From contig JACKFC010000015.1 in the NCBI GenBank assembly GCA_020632665.1, positions 21,734 through 85,733 of the forward strand: a stretch of DNA of 64,000 nucleotides, in the 5' to 3' direction. A model generated the notes under the pieces. The model did no database searches. It was not told the origin of the DNA and worked only from the letters and a program-made list of their open reading frames with translations. A program made the translations under genes and the position numbers. Of the stretch, positions 16,239-23,970 are shown piece by piece (position 1 is the stretch's first letter; every line of letters starts with the position of its first letter). Source of the DNA: Deltaproteobacteria bacterium (GTDB lineage: Bacteria > Myxococcota_A > UBA9042).

Positions 16239-17222
16239 ATGTCCAAGTGCAAGGAGTGCGGCCACGAGGCTCGGTCGACGCAAGCGCTCGCAGCTCACGT
16301 CCGGTGGCACTGCCCGGCGAGGAAGGAGCGGCCGGTCGAGCCCGTCGACGAGTACCCGACATTCGTCGCGCCGGTGGAGAAGCCGGCGGCCGGCAGCTCT
16401 GCGACGATGCCGGCGGCGATAGGGGCGCCTCTGGCCGCTGCTCCGGATGCCACCGCGAAGACTCGACCGCCCGAGACGCAACCATCCGAGCCGAACCGCC
16501 CCGAGCCGGAACCGGTGCCGCGGCCACGCCGACTCGGATGGTCGGTCGGAGAGCCAGTCCGGACGCAGAAGCCCCCGGCCGCGCCCGAGACACCGAGCTA
16601 CCTGCAGAGGATGCCCCCGCCACCGGCAACCGGGCTCGCTCCGGCGGCGCCGCGCCGCCTCGAGGACGAGCTCGCTGGCGGCGCCTCCCAAGCCTCACCC
16701 CCGGCCAGTCCGCCGGCGCAAGCCGGACCGTCCGCAGCCGCCTCCGCGGCCGAGACGGCGCCGAACGGAGAGAGCGCGCCGCAGCCCTCGAGCGCGCCAG
16801 GAGCTGCGCCGGCGCAGTCGGCCGTCGCTGCGGCCAAGCTCATCGAGCTCGTGCTCAACAAGATCTTCCCAGAGTCCAAGTTGAGTGCCGACGAGAGCAA
16901 GATTCTTCGCGACGCACTGCCTGACCTGCTGCCGAAGCGAGGCGCAGTGATCATGGTGCTATTCGCGCTGATCGTGCCGCGTGTGGTGATGAAGCCAGCG
17001 GTTCTCGCCAAACTCTCGCGAGTCGCCGATAGGCTTGGTGGCGACGACAAGCCGGCGGCCGTCGAGTCGCCGCATGCGGCCGCCGAACCTGCCGCTGCGC
17101 CTGCGCCGTCGGCTACGCCCGAGTCCACGCCTGCGCCTGCGCCGTCGGCCACGCCGGATCCGGCGCCCCGACGGTCACCTCCGACCGAAGCAGAGATCGC
17201 TCGCTCGTGGGGCGAGGCATGA
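16239..17222 (+). CDS. Zinc-ribbon, Pro/Ala-rich protein with one transmembrane helix
   Basis: GAGGAGG upstream of the ATG at 16239. MSKCKECGHE...HVRWHC. TM helix GAVIMVLFALIVPRVVM. Its stop overlaps the ATPase start as ATGA. Confidence 0.6.
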   Translation: MSKCKECGHEARSTQALAAHVRWHCPARKERPVEPVDEYPTFVAPVEKPAAGSSATMPAAIGAPLAAAPDATAKTRPPETQPSEPNRPEPEPVPRPRRLGWSVGEPVRTQKPPAAPETPSYLQRMPPPPATGLAPAAPRRLEDELAGGASQASPPASPPAQAGPSAAASAAETAPNGESAPQPSSAPGAAPAQSAVAAAKLIELVLNKIFPESKLSADESKILRDALPDLLPKRGAVIMVLFALIVPRVVMKPAVLAKLSRVADRLGGDDKPAAVESPHAAAEPAAAPAPSATPESTPAPAPSATPDPAPRRSPPTEAEIARSWGEA

Positions 17223-17827
17223 GCAACTCGCCCTTCGAGCTCGTGCCATTCGGGACCGTGGCCCACGGCTCGTTGCGAGAGCACGAGCTGCACCTGGTGG
17301 TTGGGATGCCCGGCCACGGCAAGACGGTCTACATGCTCAACTTCATGGCGGAGTGGAGAGCGCGCAATCTCGGCAAGAGCCTCGCGGTCGACCTCGAGGC
17401 GCGCGAGCCGATCGGCGACGGCTACCTCGCGCGCTGGGCCGACGTGTGGTGCCGGGAGCCTCCTGAGGAGCTGCCCGACTGGGTGCGACTGATGGTGTGC
17501 GACGAGGCGCACGAGTACGTCGGCACCCAGGCGGTGAAGTATCCAGGCATGGAAAGCCTGGCGTCGTCGCACCGGCACAAGCCGGTGATGCTCCTATGGG
17601 GGACCCAACGCCCGAACCAGATCAAGCGCGACGTCTGGGCCAAGGCCAAGCGGGTCGTCATCTTCCGCGTCATCGACTCCAGCGACCACAGGCGCCTCCT
17701 CGAACTGCCCGGGCTCGAGCGCAAGCACATCGACGTCATCAGCCGACTCCCGCCGGGCTTTGCGGCGGTCTGGGACCTGCACGAGACCGGCATTTGGCTG
17801 CCATGGGTACCGCAATGGGAGTCGTGA
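17219..17827 (+). CDS. Zot-like P-loop NTPase (candidate virion assembly/packaging ATPase)
   Basis: Walker A GMPGHGKT, Walker B LMVCDEAH, then SSHRHKPVMLLWGTQRPNQIKRDV, which resembles the HRH...TQ motif of Zot/pI ATPases. No TM segment. An alternative GTG start exists at 17207. Confidence 0.8.
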   Translation: MSNSPFELVPFGTVAHGSLREHELHLVVGMPGHGKTVYMLNFMAEWRARNLGKSLAVDLEAREPIGDGYLARWADVWCREPPEELPDWVRLMVCDEAHEYVGTQAVKYPGMESLASSHRHKPVMLLWGTQRPNQIKRDVWAKAKRVVIFRVIDSSDHRRLLELPGLERKHIDVISRLPPGFAAVWDLHETGIWLPWVPQWES

Positions 17828-18054
17828 TTGACTGGCTCGAGCTAGGGGGCGCCTGCAAGCGCATCCGCAAGGAGCGCGGCTGGTCTGCCGACCTGCTCGC
17901 GGCGAAAGCGGGCTGCCATAGGACCACGGTCTACCGCCTCGAGCGTTGCGAGCCAGTCAGCATGGCGTCGCTCCAGCTCGTCTTCGTCGCGCTCGGCATC
18001 GAACTGCGGGTCGACGCGCGAATGTCGGTTTTGAGCGACGTCGCTCCAAACTGA
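17815..18054 (+). CDS. XRE-family HTH protein (79 aa)
   Basis: IRKERGWSADLLAAKAGCHRTTVYRLERCEP...LQLVFVALGIEL. It overlaps the ATPase gene end by 13 nt. Confidence 0.65.
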   Translation: MGVVIDWLELGGACKRIRKERGWSADLLAAKAGCHRTTVYRLERCEPVSMASLQLVFVALGIELRVDARMSVLSDVAPN

Positions 18055-18119
18055 CTTCCAGAGCCGGATCGGCCTCTCCAGCATGAACCCCTGCGGCGCG
18101 ACCGCCAGAGGAGAGCGAC

Positions 18120-19241
18120 ATGTTCGAGAAGCAGATCATGAAGGCCGAGCAGGCGGGCAACTCCGCGATCTACGTCCGGCCGCCCCCGCGCCTGTATGGC
18201 CATCGCGCCGACCGCCTCTGCGTCGAGCTCCGGCTGACGTTCAACAACGGCACTGGTGCTCTTGCCGACCTGACCGAGGCGTTCTTCACCGGCAGCAAGC
18301 TGAAGTGGAACTACCGCGACAATTCGCCCTTCATCGTCGACACGCCGCTGGCGCCCGCCGAGTGGGCCAACCAGATCATGCAGCGACGCTGGGCCGGCGG
18401 GCTGGTGCAGTGCGACGGCGGCATCCAGGTGGCCATCGGCGCCACCGAGACCCACAGCTTCTACCTCGACATCGACCTGGCGATCCCGCTCGCCGAGCGT
18501 CCGGTCGACTTCTCGCAGGACATCTCGGAGCTGGGTGCGCTCACCTTCACGCCCGACATGTCGAACGAGGCCGCGTCGCTCTCGCTCACCAACGTCGAGG
18601 TCATCGTCACGGCGTACGGCAAGCGCACGGACGCCCTGTACAGCGGCTCGCGCCTGCGGATCAGCACGCAGAACAGCCTCGCGCCGATCAGCAGCGACGA
18701 GCTGGCCCTCGAGGGCAAGCTCATCGCGCTCTTCATCTTCACCAAGGACGGGACGGTGCCCATCGCGTCGACCGTGCCGCAGGTCAAGGTCGGCAACCAG
18801 CAGCTGCTCGAGACCGTCGATACCAATACCCTCGACGTCGTCAAGCACCTCGGTGCGTCGCGCTGGACTCTCTTCCCCCAGCGTCCGAGCGACGGCGCCC
18901 CGAGCGCCGACTTCCCCGACGACATCGGCCACCTGGTGATGCCGGAGGAGGGCTTCCGGATCAGTGCGCTGCCGGGCAACAAGGGCGACGTCGTCAACGT
19001 CTCCTACGCCACCGCGCCTTCCGCCAGCACCGGCAAGCACGTCTATGTGCTGGTCGAGCTCGTCCCGCGCCAGACCTGCTTCAAGCGCGAGATCCCGGGC
19101 GCGGTGGAGATGAAGCGCGAGGACTTCGAGCGCTACGTCGAGTACCCGACCATCGGGGCCGGGATCCTCACCGACGAGCTGAAGGACGTCCTGCCGCAGG
19201 TCATCCGGACGCCGCAGGTGCTCCAGCGCATCGGCTGCTGA
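18120..19241 (+). CDS. Hypothetical protein, 373 aa (candidate major capsid protein, unverified)
   Basis: GAGGAG upstream and high GC3. No TM segment. Many short hydrophobic-alternating (beta-like) segments. It is the largest soluble protein of the structural block. Confidence 0.7.
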   Translation: MFEKQIMKAEQAGNSAIYVRPPPRLYGHRADRLCVELRLTFNNGTGALADLTEAFFTGSKLKWNYRDNSPFIVDTPLAPAEWANQIMQRRWAGGLVQCDGGIQVAIGATETHSFYLDIDLAIPLAERPVDFSQDISELGALTFTPDMSNEAASLSLTNVEVIVTAYGKRTDALYSGSRLRISTQNSLAPISSDELALEGKLIALFIFTKDGTVPIASTVPQVKVGNQQLLETVDTNTLDVVKHLGASRWTLFPQRPSDGAPSADFPDDIGHLVMPEEGFRISALPGNKGDVVNVSYATAPSASTGKHVYVLVELVPRQTCFKREIPGAVEMKREDFERYVEYPTIGAGILTDELKDVLPQVIRTPQVLQRIGC

Positions 19242-19265
19242 TCAGTACGCAGGGAGGATGAAGCC

Positions 19266-20159
19266 TTGGGCACCCCGTCCGCCAACCAGGTCCTCGAGAT
19301 CCTGACCTCGACGTTCGGCAGCGGTCCGGCGCAGTGCGTCTGGGACCAGGTCAACACTGTGACGCTGGTCCCGGCGCTCATTGCGGCCGTGCCCACTGGC
19401 GGCGCCAGCCTGGTCGGCTACCTCGGCCCGATCGTCACGAGCTGCGGCGTCGGCTCGGTCGAGGAGCTGGCCATGGCGATCGCGAATGCGTTCGTCACTG
19501 GCGGCGGCTCCGGCGAGAAGGCCGAGACAGGTGGCGCAAAGGAGTGCTACTGGACCAAGCCGGGCAAGGACGGCCTGGACGAGTATTGGGACCCGGTCTG
19601 TATCCAACTGACCAAGGCCGGGTGGCGACAAAAGAGCATCGGCGGCTGGGGCAGCAAGACCGTGGTCGACTATGTCACGCCCGCCGGTTGGCAGGTCCAG
19701 TTCCTCTGGGACATGAAGTTGGGGAGCAAGGGCAACGGCCAGACTGGCGTCTTCTACGTCAACAATCCCGACCTGGTCGTCACCGCCGGCGCCGCAGGCC
19801 TGCCGACACAGAGCAATCCGGGGACAGCCCGCTTCGAGAAAGGTGGGGTTGCCAAGGCCATCGAGGTCTTCGGCTCCGCTCCGACGCCCGAGGCGGTGCT
19901 CGCGAAGTACAGCAACAAGAAGCTGCCCCCGGGCGTCCGCAAGATCTGGCCCACCGGGGCCTGTCTCAACACAGCCAACCAGCGCGTCGACTGCCAGACC
20001 GGCGCCATCTTGAGCCCGACGGTCCTCATCCCGCCGACCAAGACCGACGGCGACGACCATGACGACGAAGGTGGCATCCAGGCGTGGCATATCGGCGCCG
20101 TGGTCGCGGTGCTCGCCATCCTCGCCGCACTGGCCTGGTGGCTCTGGGGCGACGCATGA
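19266..20159 (+). CDS. Hypothetical protein with a C-terminal TM anchor (297 aa)
   Basis: TTG start with GGGAGG 8 nt upstream. C-terminal IGAVVAVLAILAALAWWLW. Confidence 0.65.
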   Translation: MGTPSANQVLEILTSTFGSGPAQCVWDQVNTVTLVPALIAAVPTGGASLVGYLGPIVTSCGVGSVEELAMAIANAFVTGGGSGEKAETGGAKECYWTKPGKDGLDEYWDPVCIQLTKAGWRQKSIGGWGSKTVVDYVTPAGWQVQFLWDMKLGSKGNGQTGVFYVNNPDLVVTAGAAGLPTQSNPGTARFEKGGVAKAIEVFGSAPTPEAVLAKYSNKKLPPGVRKIWPTGACLNTANQRVDCQTGAILSPTVLIPPTKTDGDDHDDEGGIQAWHIGAVVAVLAILAALAWWLWGDA

Positions 20160-20710
20160 GCGACAACCCCACCACCTTGCACAACGCTCGTTCGCTCGAG
20201 GTCAAGTACGGCTTCGGCGAGGTCAAGTCCGGCGCCGAGGCCGCGGACTTCAAGTCCGCCATGCGTGAGGCCGGCCTCGAGGACGGGTCGGCCTGCGTGC
20301 TCACCGCCTGGGCGGGCGGCGCTCCGGCCGACAAGAGCTGGATCAACCCCTCTGGCTGGTTCGACAAGCGCGAGACCGCCGAGGACGCCTGCGGGCGCGA
20401 CTTCCCCGACGTCCCCGACGTCGAGGACGCCCTCGAGGAGCTGCGGAGCGCCAGCCCGGCGCTCGCTCAGCTGGTCGAGGTCAAGGCCGGACGGAAGCAG
20501 CGCAGCGAGTACCGCTCGCTGGTCGAAAACGCCAATCAGGACGCAGTGAAGCTCGGCAAGGACGCCATCGTGAAGGTGAAGGAGGTGCTCAAGGACACCG
20601 CCGACACCGCGGGCGACGTCCTCGATGCCGCGCTGCCGTGGAAGCTGGTGATCGCGATCGTCGTGGTCCTGATCGCCATTGGAGCCGTCTGGGTGCTCGC
20701 GAAGAAGTAG
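20156..20710 (+). CDS. Hypothetical protein with a C-terminal TM anchor (184 aa)
   Basis: ATGA overlap with the preceding gene. C-terminal LVIAIVVVLIAIGAVWVLA. Confidence 0.65.
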   Translation: MSDNPTTLHNARSLEVKYGFGEVKSGAEAADFKSAMREAGLEDGSACVLTAWAGGAPADKSWINPSGWFDKRETAEDACGRDFPDVPDVEDALEELRSASPALAQLVEVKAGRKQRSEYRSLVENANQDAVKLGKDAIVKVKEVLKDTADTAGDVLDAALPWKLVIAIVVVLIAIGAVWVLAKK

Positions 20711-20727
20711 CCCAGCAGGAGTGCGTG

Positions 20728-20922
20728 ATGAAGCAGTGGTTTCAAAGCATCGATTGGGTTGCGCTGGGCATCACCGGCGTCGTGGCGGTGGTCGCCGCCG
20801 TGGCCTATGCCTTCATCGTCGACGACGCCGACATGCTGACCGCGATCATCATCGGTCTGCTCGCAGGCGTCGGCACGCCGCTGGCCTACCACACCGCCGA
20901 CCGGGCGATCAGCTTCGCCTAG
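20728..20922 (+). CDS. Small two-TM membrane protein (64 aa)
   Basis: AGGAG upstream of the ATG at 20728. Two hydrophobic helices. Confidence 0.55.
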   Translation: MKQWFQSIDWVALGITGVVAVVAAVAYAFIVDDADMLTAIIIGLLAGVGTPLAYHTADRAISFA

Positions 20923-20925
20923 TCG

Positions 20926-21297
20926 ATGCGCACTTGGCCCGCCGACGCTTGCCCTCCGGTCGCCGCGCGCTACGGCACCTGGCGCCTCGCCGCGAATGGC
21001 TCGAGCTCGACCCCGGTCGAGATCAGTCACAATCGCTGGCGGCTCTCGGTGCAATACGCTTCGACGGTCAGCGCCGGCGACGTCACCGCGTTCACCGGCG
21101 TCGCGCCGGGCGACGGCGGCGGCGGGATGGTGCGGGCCAAGGCCGGCGCGGTCGCGTACGCAGCGGACGGCGGCCAGCTCGAAGGCCAATGGGCGCCGGG
21201 GGTCGAGCGTGAGTTTTCGATCTCGCTTGCAGGCTATGCCGGCGCCGGCGACGTGACCGTGCAGCTCGAGACGTGGAGCGACCTGCCATGGCGCTGA
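20926..21297 (+). CDS. Hypothetical protein (123 aa)
   Basis: Starts 4 nt after the previous stop, with high GC3. No motif recognised. Confidence 0.55.
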   Translation: MRTWPADACPPVAARYGTWRLAANGSSSTPVEISHNRWRLSVQYASTVSAGDVTAFTGVAPGDGGGGMVRAKAGAVAYAADGGQLEGQWAPGVEREFSISLAGYAGAGDVTVQLETWSDLPWR

Positions 21298-21596
21298 GCC
21301 CCCAAACCAGGCGCAAGCTCGTCGACTACGGCGCAGCGCTCGGCCTGCTCGGCTTCGGCGCGCTCGGGGCACACGGCGTGCAGTGGCAGGTCGGCGTCGC
21401 GGAGGCGCGGACGGCGGACCACGCGGCGGACGCGGTACGCCGAGCGATGGCGGACGCGGTGCATGCCGAGATGGCGCCGCTGCAGTTCACCGTCGGGCGG
21501 CTGGTCCGCGTGACCGAGGACCTGGCGTTTCGGGTCGGCCGCAACGAGGGCGCCATCGCGGGTCTGCCGTCGCCGGCGACGCGGAGCGCGCCATGA
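21288..21596 (+). CDS. Hypothetical membrane protein (102 aa)
   Basis: Overlaps the previous gene end. TM helix LVDYGAALGLLGFGALGAHGV. Confidence 0.55.
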   Translation: MALSPQTRRKLVDYGAALGLLGFGALGAHGVQWQVGVAEARTADHAADAVRRAMADAVHAEMAPLQFTVGRLVRVTEDLAFRVGRNEGAIAGLPSPATRSAP

Positions 21597-21952
21597 TGCC
21601 GACCGCCAACCCATGGCCGATCGACGACGCGCGCCACAACGTGTGGCAGCTCTGCCGTGAGCTCGCCAACCTCGAGGGCCACCTCGACGACCCCGGCCGC
21701 AACTGCGTCAAGTGCATCACCAAGCACCTCGCTTGCATCGAGGGCCTGGCGCAAGAGGGCATCGGCCTGGACCACAGCGCCGCGCTGCAGCCGCTGTTCC
21801 GGCAGGTCATCGACGCCGTCGCTTCGGCTGGCTGGGCGCCAGGTGTCCCCCCGGAGGCGGCGCGCGAGCTGATCCGCCAGGCGCGACGTGCGTGTTGCAC
21901 AGCGCAGCTCCGCAACGCCGGCGCTCCCAACATCCTCCCGAGGAGATCCTGA
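21593..21952 (+). CDS. Hypothetical protein (119 aa, Cys-containing)
   Basis: ATGA overlap upstream and TGATG overlap with the muramidase gene downstream. Confidence 0.55.
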   Translation: MMPTANPWPIDDARHNVWQLCRELANLEGHLDDPGRNCVKCITKHLACIEGLAQEGIGLDHSAALQPLFRQVIDAVASAGWAPGVPPEAARELIRQARRACCTAQLRNAGAPNILPRRS

Positions 21953-22803
21953 TGAGCAAGCAACCCGTCGCCGGCTCACTGCTGGGCATCGACGTCTCGC
22001 ATTGGCAAGGCAAGATCGACTGGAACGCCGTCGCCGGCAGCTCCACCCCCTGGGGCGCCGTCGAATTTGCCTACGCCAAGGCGAGCACCGGCAAGGGCGG
22101 TCGCGACAAGCGCTTCGTCGAGAACGCGGTTGCCGCGGCGAAGGCCGGCCTGCCGTTCGGCGCCTACCACTGGCTCAAGCCGGGGCAGTATCTGCCCACC
22201 GAAGAGGCCGCCAACTTCGTCGCAGCGATCCAAGCCGCCCGCGCCGCCGGCGCCAAGGTCGAGCTCGCGCCGATGATCGACCTCGAGGACAAACCGGCGT
22301 CGACGATGGGCAACGATCCGCAGGCCGTCGTCGACTACGCCGACGAATTCGCCAAGGCGGTCAAGGCGGCACTCGGCCAGACGCCGATCTTGTACGTCGG
22401 CAGCAACTACGCGAAGCAGTACATGGGCACCAAGGTGCCGCCGGGCCTGCCGATCTGGGTGCCGCAGTACAACAAGCCGAGCTGCAACTACGATCCCACG
22501 GTCGCGGGCCCGAACAAGCTCAACGCCGCCACCGCGAACTGGGCGGTCTGGCAGTACTGCTCGAAGGGCAAGATCCCGGGCATCAGCGGCGACGTCGACC
22601 TGAACGCGCTGCGCAGCGACCGCATCGACGCCGTCGGCCTCAAGGGTCGACGCGTCGCCCTGCCGTCGACGACCCGCGGCGGCGCAGGCGCAGACGACAA
22701 GAAGAAGGCAGACGACGCCGGCGGCAGCACCACGCTCTACGCCGTCGGGGGCGCGCTGCTGCTGCTGATCATCATCATCATCCTCGCGCTGCAGGCGGGG
22801 TAG
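21952..22803 (+). CDS. GH25 muramidase (lysozyme) with a C-terminal transmembrane anchor
   Basis: GIDVSHWQGKIDWNAV, FAYAKASTGKGG..D..F, GAYHW, DLED. AGGAG upstream. C-terminal LYAVGGALLLLIIIIILALQAG. Confidence 0.9.
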   Translation: MSKQPVAGSLLGIDVSHWQGKIDWNAVAGSSTPWGAVEFAYAKASTGKGGRDKRFVENAVAAAKAGLPFGAYHWLKPGQYLPTEEAANFVAAIQAARAAGAKVELAPMIDLEDKPASTMGNDPQAVVDYADEFAKAVKAALGQTPILYVGSNYAKQYMGTKVPPGLPIWVPQYNKPSCNYDPTVAGPNKLNAATANWAVWQYCSKGKIPGISGDVDLNALRSDRIDAVGLKGRRVALPSTTRGGAGADDKKKADDAGGSTTLYAVGGALLLLIIIIILALQAG

Positions 22804-22812
22804 GAGGTTCCC

Positions 22813-22959
22813 ATGTCCGGCAAGTACTTCGACAAGAAGACCAAGCGCTGGCGCGACCGCGACACCAAGGCCTTCGTCAAGGCACCGCGCGACGGCAAGC
22901 CCACGCCGAGCCGCAGCAGCGGCAAGGGCGGCAAGGGCGGCAAGAAGGGCAAGAAATGA
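22813..22959 (+). CDS. Small Lys/Gly-rich basic protein (48 aa), below the ORF-track size cutoff
   Basis: TAGGAGG 5 nt upstream of the ATG at 22813. MSGKYFDKKTKRWRDRDTKAFVKAPRDGKPTPSRSSGKGGKGGKKGKK. Its stop overlaps the next start as ATGA. Confidence 0.5.
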   Translation: MSGKYFDKKTKRWRDRDTKAFVKAPRDGKPTPSRSSGKGGKGGKKGKK

Positions 22960-23234
22960 GCCAGGCCTCGCTCCCGATCCCGACCCGCGGCAACGTCCAG
23001 GACGCCGTCGACCAGGCCCGCTTCTGGCTCCGTACGGCGATCAAGGAAGGAAGCGGCTACGCCTTTCCTCTGGCCGTCGGCGGTACCGTCATCGCGGCGC
23101 TGCTCGTCGCCTGGGTCGCCGGCGTCCTGCTCGACGGCCTCTGGGCTGCGCTGGTCGCCGCTGCGCTCGCCGCGCTCTTCGCTCCGGCGCTCTTCAACTC
23201 CCTGCTGACGAGCTTGCTCGCCTCGATGAAGTGA
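22956..23234 (+). CDS. Membrane protein (92 aa, holin-like topology)
   Basis: Hydrophobic segments VGGTVIAALLVAWVAGVLL and AALVAAALAALFAPALF. Confidence 0.55.
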   Translation: MSQASLPIPTRGNVQDAVDQARFWLRTAIKEGSGYAFPLAVGGTVIAALLVAWVAGVLLDGLWAALVAAALAALFAPALFNSLLTSLLASMK

Positions 23235-23241
23235 GGCTCCG

Positions 23242-23592
23242 ATGCTCGAGTTGCTAGCCTGGCTGCTGGCCCACGGGTCGGACATCGGCAAGGCACTTCT
23301 TGCGCTGGCCCTGATCTTCACCCAGCTCGTCGGTGTCGCGAGCGTCGTGGTTCGATGGACCCCGACGCCGACCGACGACAAGTGGTTGGCACCGGTGATG
23401 CGGGTCGCCGAGTGGGTCAGCCTGGCGCTCAAGCGGCCCGCAGTCGTCGGCAAGGGCACCAAGACCGACCAGCTCGACGTGCTGGTGGACGCCCTGCAGC
23501 GCGGCGACACCGGCGAGCTGCAGGCCATCGTCGAAGCCGTGCAGAGCTACAAGCCTCCTGCGCCCCCCCACGACACCCTCCCCGAGCACTGA
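23242..23592 (+). CDS. Membrane protein (116 aa)
   Basis: N-terminal hydrophobic helices and high GC3. Confidence 0.55.
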   Translation: MLELLAWLLAHGSDIGKALLALALIFTQLVGVASVVVRWTPTPTDDKWLAPVMRVAEWVSLALKRPAVVGKGTKTDQLDVLVDALQRGDTGELQAIVEAVQSYKPPAPPHDTLPEH

Positions 23593-23696
23593 TGGACCCG
23601 CGCCTCGAGCTCGCCGTCGTGCTGCTCGTGGCGCTCGGTGTCGGCGCCGGCGCTGGCTTCGCGGCCGTCGTCGGCGAGCTGCTGGGCTGGTGGTGA
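23592..23696 (+). CDS. Very small TM peptide (34 aa)
   Basis: TGATG coupling to the previous gene. MDPRLELAVVLLVALGVGAGAGFAAVVGELLGWW. Confidence 0.4.
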   Translation: MDPRLELAVVLLVALGVGAGAGFAAVVGELLGWW

Positions 23697-23718
23697 GCGC
23701 CTGCAGGAGGCCCGGGCC

Positions 23719-23970
23719 GTGAGCGTTTTCTGGACAGAGAGGGCTGGCAAGCAACTCGCGGCTATTCAGCGCAGTGACGCGAAGCTCGCGGGCCAAGTGA
23801 AGCTCGCCGTCGAGAAGCTCCACGATACTGGACACGGCGACGTGAAGATGCTCAAGGGGGCGCCCGGCGAGTTTCGCGTGCGGGTCCGGAAGTATCGGAT
23901 CAAGGGGTACTGGGACGGCGACGTGCTCGTGGTCCTCGAGGTCGGCCACCGGAGCTCGATCTACCGCTAG
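23719..23970 (+). CDS. RelE/ParE-family toxin
   Basis: GTG at 23719 with GGAGG 8 nt upstream. The pattern ...KLHDTGHGDVKMLKGAPGEFRVRVRKYRIKGYWDGDVLVVLEVGHRSSIY fits the RelE/ParE fold signature. Confidence 0.75.
   Translation: MSVFWTERAGKQLAAIQRSDAKLAGQVKLAVEKLHDTGHGDVKMLKGAPGEFRVRVRKYRIKGYWDGDVLVVLEVGHRSSIYR

Noticed and set aside
17219-23696. Straightforward inovirus (filamentous phage) interpretation, based on the Zot-like ATPase and small TM proteins
   Set aside because: This is not adopted as the primary call. The ATPase lacks the pI membrane/periplasmic half, a 373-aa soluble protein and a muramidase are present, the gene order differs from rep-coat-pIII-pVI-pI, and 15.7 kb is large for an inovirus. 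It is kept as an explicit alternative to be tested.
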